A stretch of 36,924 nucleotides of DNA from Candidatus Freyarchaeota archaeon (lineage in GTDB: Archaea > Asgardarchaeota > Jordiarchaeia > Jordiarchaeales > Jordiarchaeaceae): assembly GCA_030587365.2 (NCBI GenBank), contig JAUQZE020000289.1:1-36924 (forward strand), in the 5' to 3' direction. This document shows positions 36,518 to 36,924 of the stretch, in pieces (position 1 is the first letter of the stretch; every line of letters begins with the position of its first letter). Below the pieces are notes generated by a model. It saw only the letters and a list, made by a program, of their open reading frames with translations, made no database searches and was not told where the DNA came from. Position numbers and translations under genes: made by a program.

Positions 36518-36882
36518 GGTGGCAAGTCCTGATGCTCGTCAAATCGCCCCGCTAACGTATCTAACACCTGGTCTCCAATCCGGGATACTGGAAGCACCGG
36601 GCGTCCAGAGTTAGGCTGCTCCTTCAAGGCGTAAGTATCACTATACTCACACTCTCCCGGGCCTAACCGGTTCCTCCGACGAAGGATGAACCAACTTTCC
36701 CTACGGAAAGCCGCCATCCACCGCCGGTCCTCCAGTGCGGATCTTCACTGCCTTAGTGATAGACCGTTTTAGCGGTTAGGATAAGCCTCGCATCAGCTTT
36801 CGGCCCGCCTTAAAGAGGATTTGCGGTCGAGAGGAGAACCTCTCTCAGGCGACCCCTAGCCGCTCCGCCTAGACTTGCCACC
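36518..36882 (-). ncRNA. Signal recognition particle RNA (7S RNA) candidate with a 32-nt insertion in the helix-8 apex
   Basis: A GC-rich island in AT-rich DNA. An 11-bp terminal helix forms (GGUGGCAAGUC / GACUUGCCACC). A helix-6-like hairpin CUUUCC-GUAG-GGAAAG has a GNAR loop. The conserved helix-8 strands AGGCCCGG...AAGGAGCAGCCUAAC are present. Long complementary helix-5 strands pair (ACUGGAGGACCGG with CCGGUGCUUCCAGU; CCGCUAA with UUAGCGG). Confidence 0.75.
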
Positions 36883-36905
36883 ACCTAATGAACACTCTTA
36901 CCAAA

Positions 36906-36913
36906 AATATAAA
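36906..36913 (-). promoter_or_regulatory. Candidate TATA box for the SRP RNA gene
   Basis: Minus-strand TTTATATT is centred about 27 nt upstream of the proposed RNA 5' end (36882). A purine-rich BRE-like AGAAATG lies just upstream. Confidence 0.45.
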
Positions 36914-36924
36914 CATTTCTTTTC

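Noticed and set aside
36496-36717. 73-aa minus-strand ORF at the right end of the window.
   Set aside because: It lies entirely within the GC-rich structured RNA that I interpret as SRP RNA. Open frames are expected by chance in GC-rich RNA genes.
1-36924. Search for CRISPR arrays, rRNA genes, transposase/IS termini and recognisable defence or toxin-antitoxin operons.
   Set aside because: I saw no regularly spaced direct repeats, no rRNA-like conserved blocks, no DDE/IS-type ORFs or terminal inverted repeats, and no restriction, Cas or abortive-infection-type domains in any tracked ORF. The only PIN domain is the housekeeping Nob1.

Overview
AT-rich archaeal chromosomal segment. Archaeal markers are aRF1, aIF5A, Pelota, two Orc1/Cdc6 paralogs, SRP54 plus SRP RNA, GatCAB, TiaS and Pus10. 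The exact lineage cannot be determined from the sequence. GC-rich structural RNAs in an AT-rich background, tRNAs with multiple or non-canonical introns, and a Rab-like GTPase suggest a TACK- or Asgard-like, possibly thermophilic, archaeon. About two thirds of the roughly 35 credible genes act in translation or RNA modification: valS, aRF1, aIF5A with deoxyhypusine synthase, Dph6-like, Nob1, Tsr3, a NOL1/NOP2 m5C methylase, SRP54-TrmY-Pus10, TiaS, NcsA, GatCAB and Pelota. No CRISPR array, rRNA gene or obvious defence operon was found. Six observations deserve a second look. (1) The left ~1 kb is clearly more GC-rich and ends at the 3' end of an intron-containing tRNA-Ala, which fits the edge of an integrated element. 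(2) tRNA-Ala carries a D-loop intron, and tRNA-Leu carries two introns (anticodon loop and T-arm). (3) A candidate SRP RNA has a 32-nt hairpin sitting exactly where the helix-8 GGAA tetraloop should be. (4) A 1.48-kb gene-free, GC-elevated island with broken reading frames and short repeat families lies next to a divergent orc1/cdc6 pair, one of which is translationally coupled to a small wHTH gene. (5) An 86-aa protein with eight CxxC pairs abuts tiaS. (6) A radical-SAM gene with an unusual cysteine spacing is paired with a nucleotidyltransferase gene. All calls come from reading the sequence and ORF translations by eye. No database search or computation was run.
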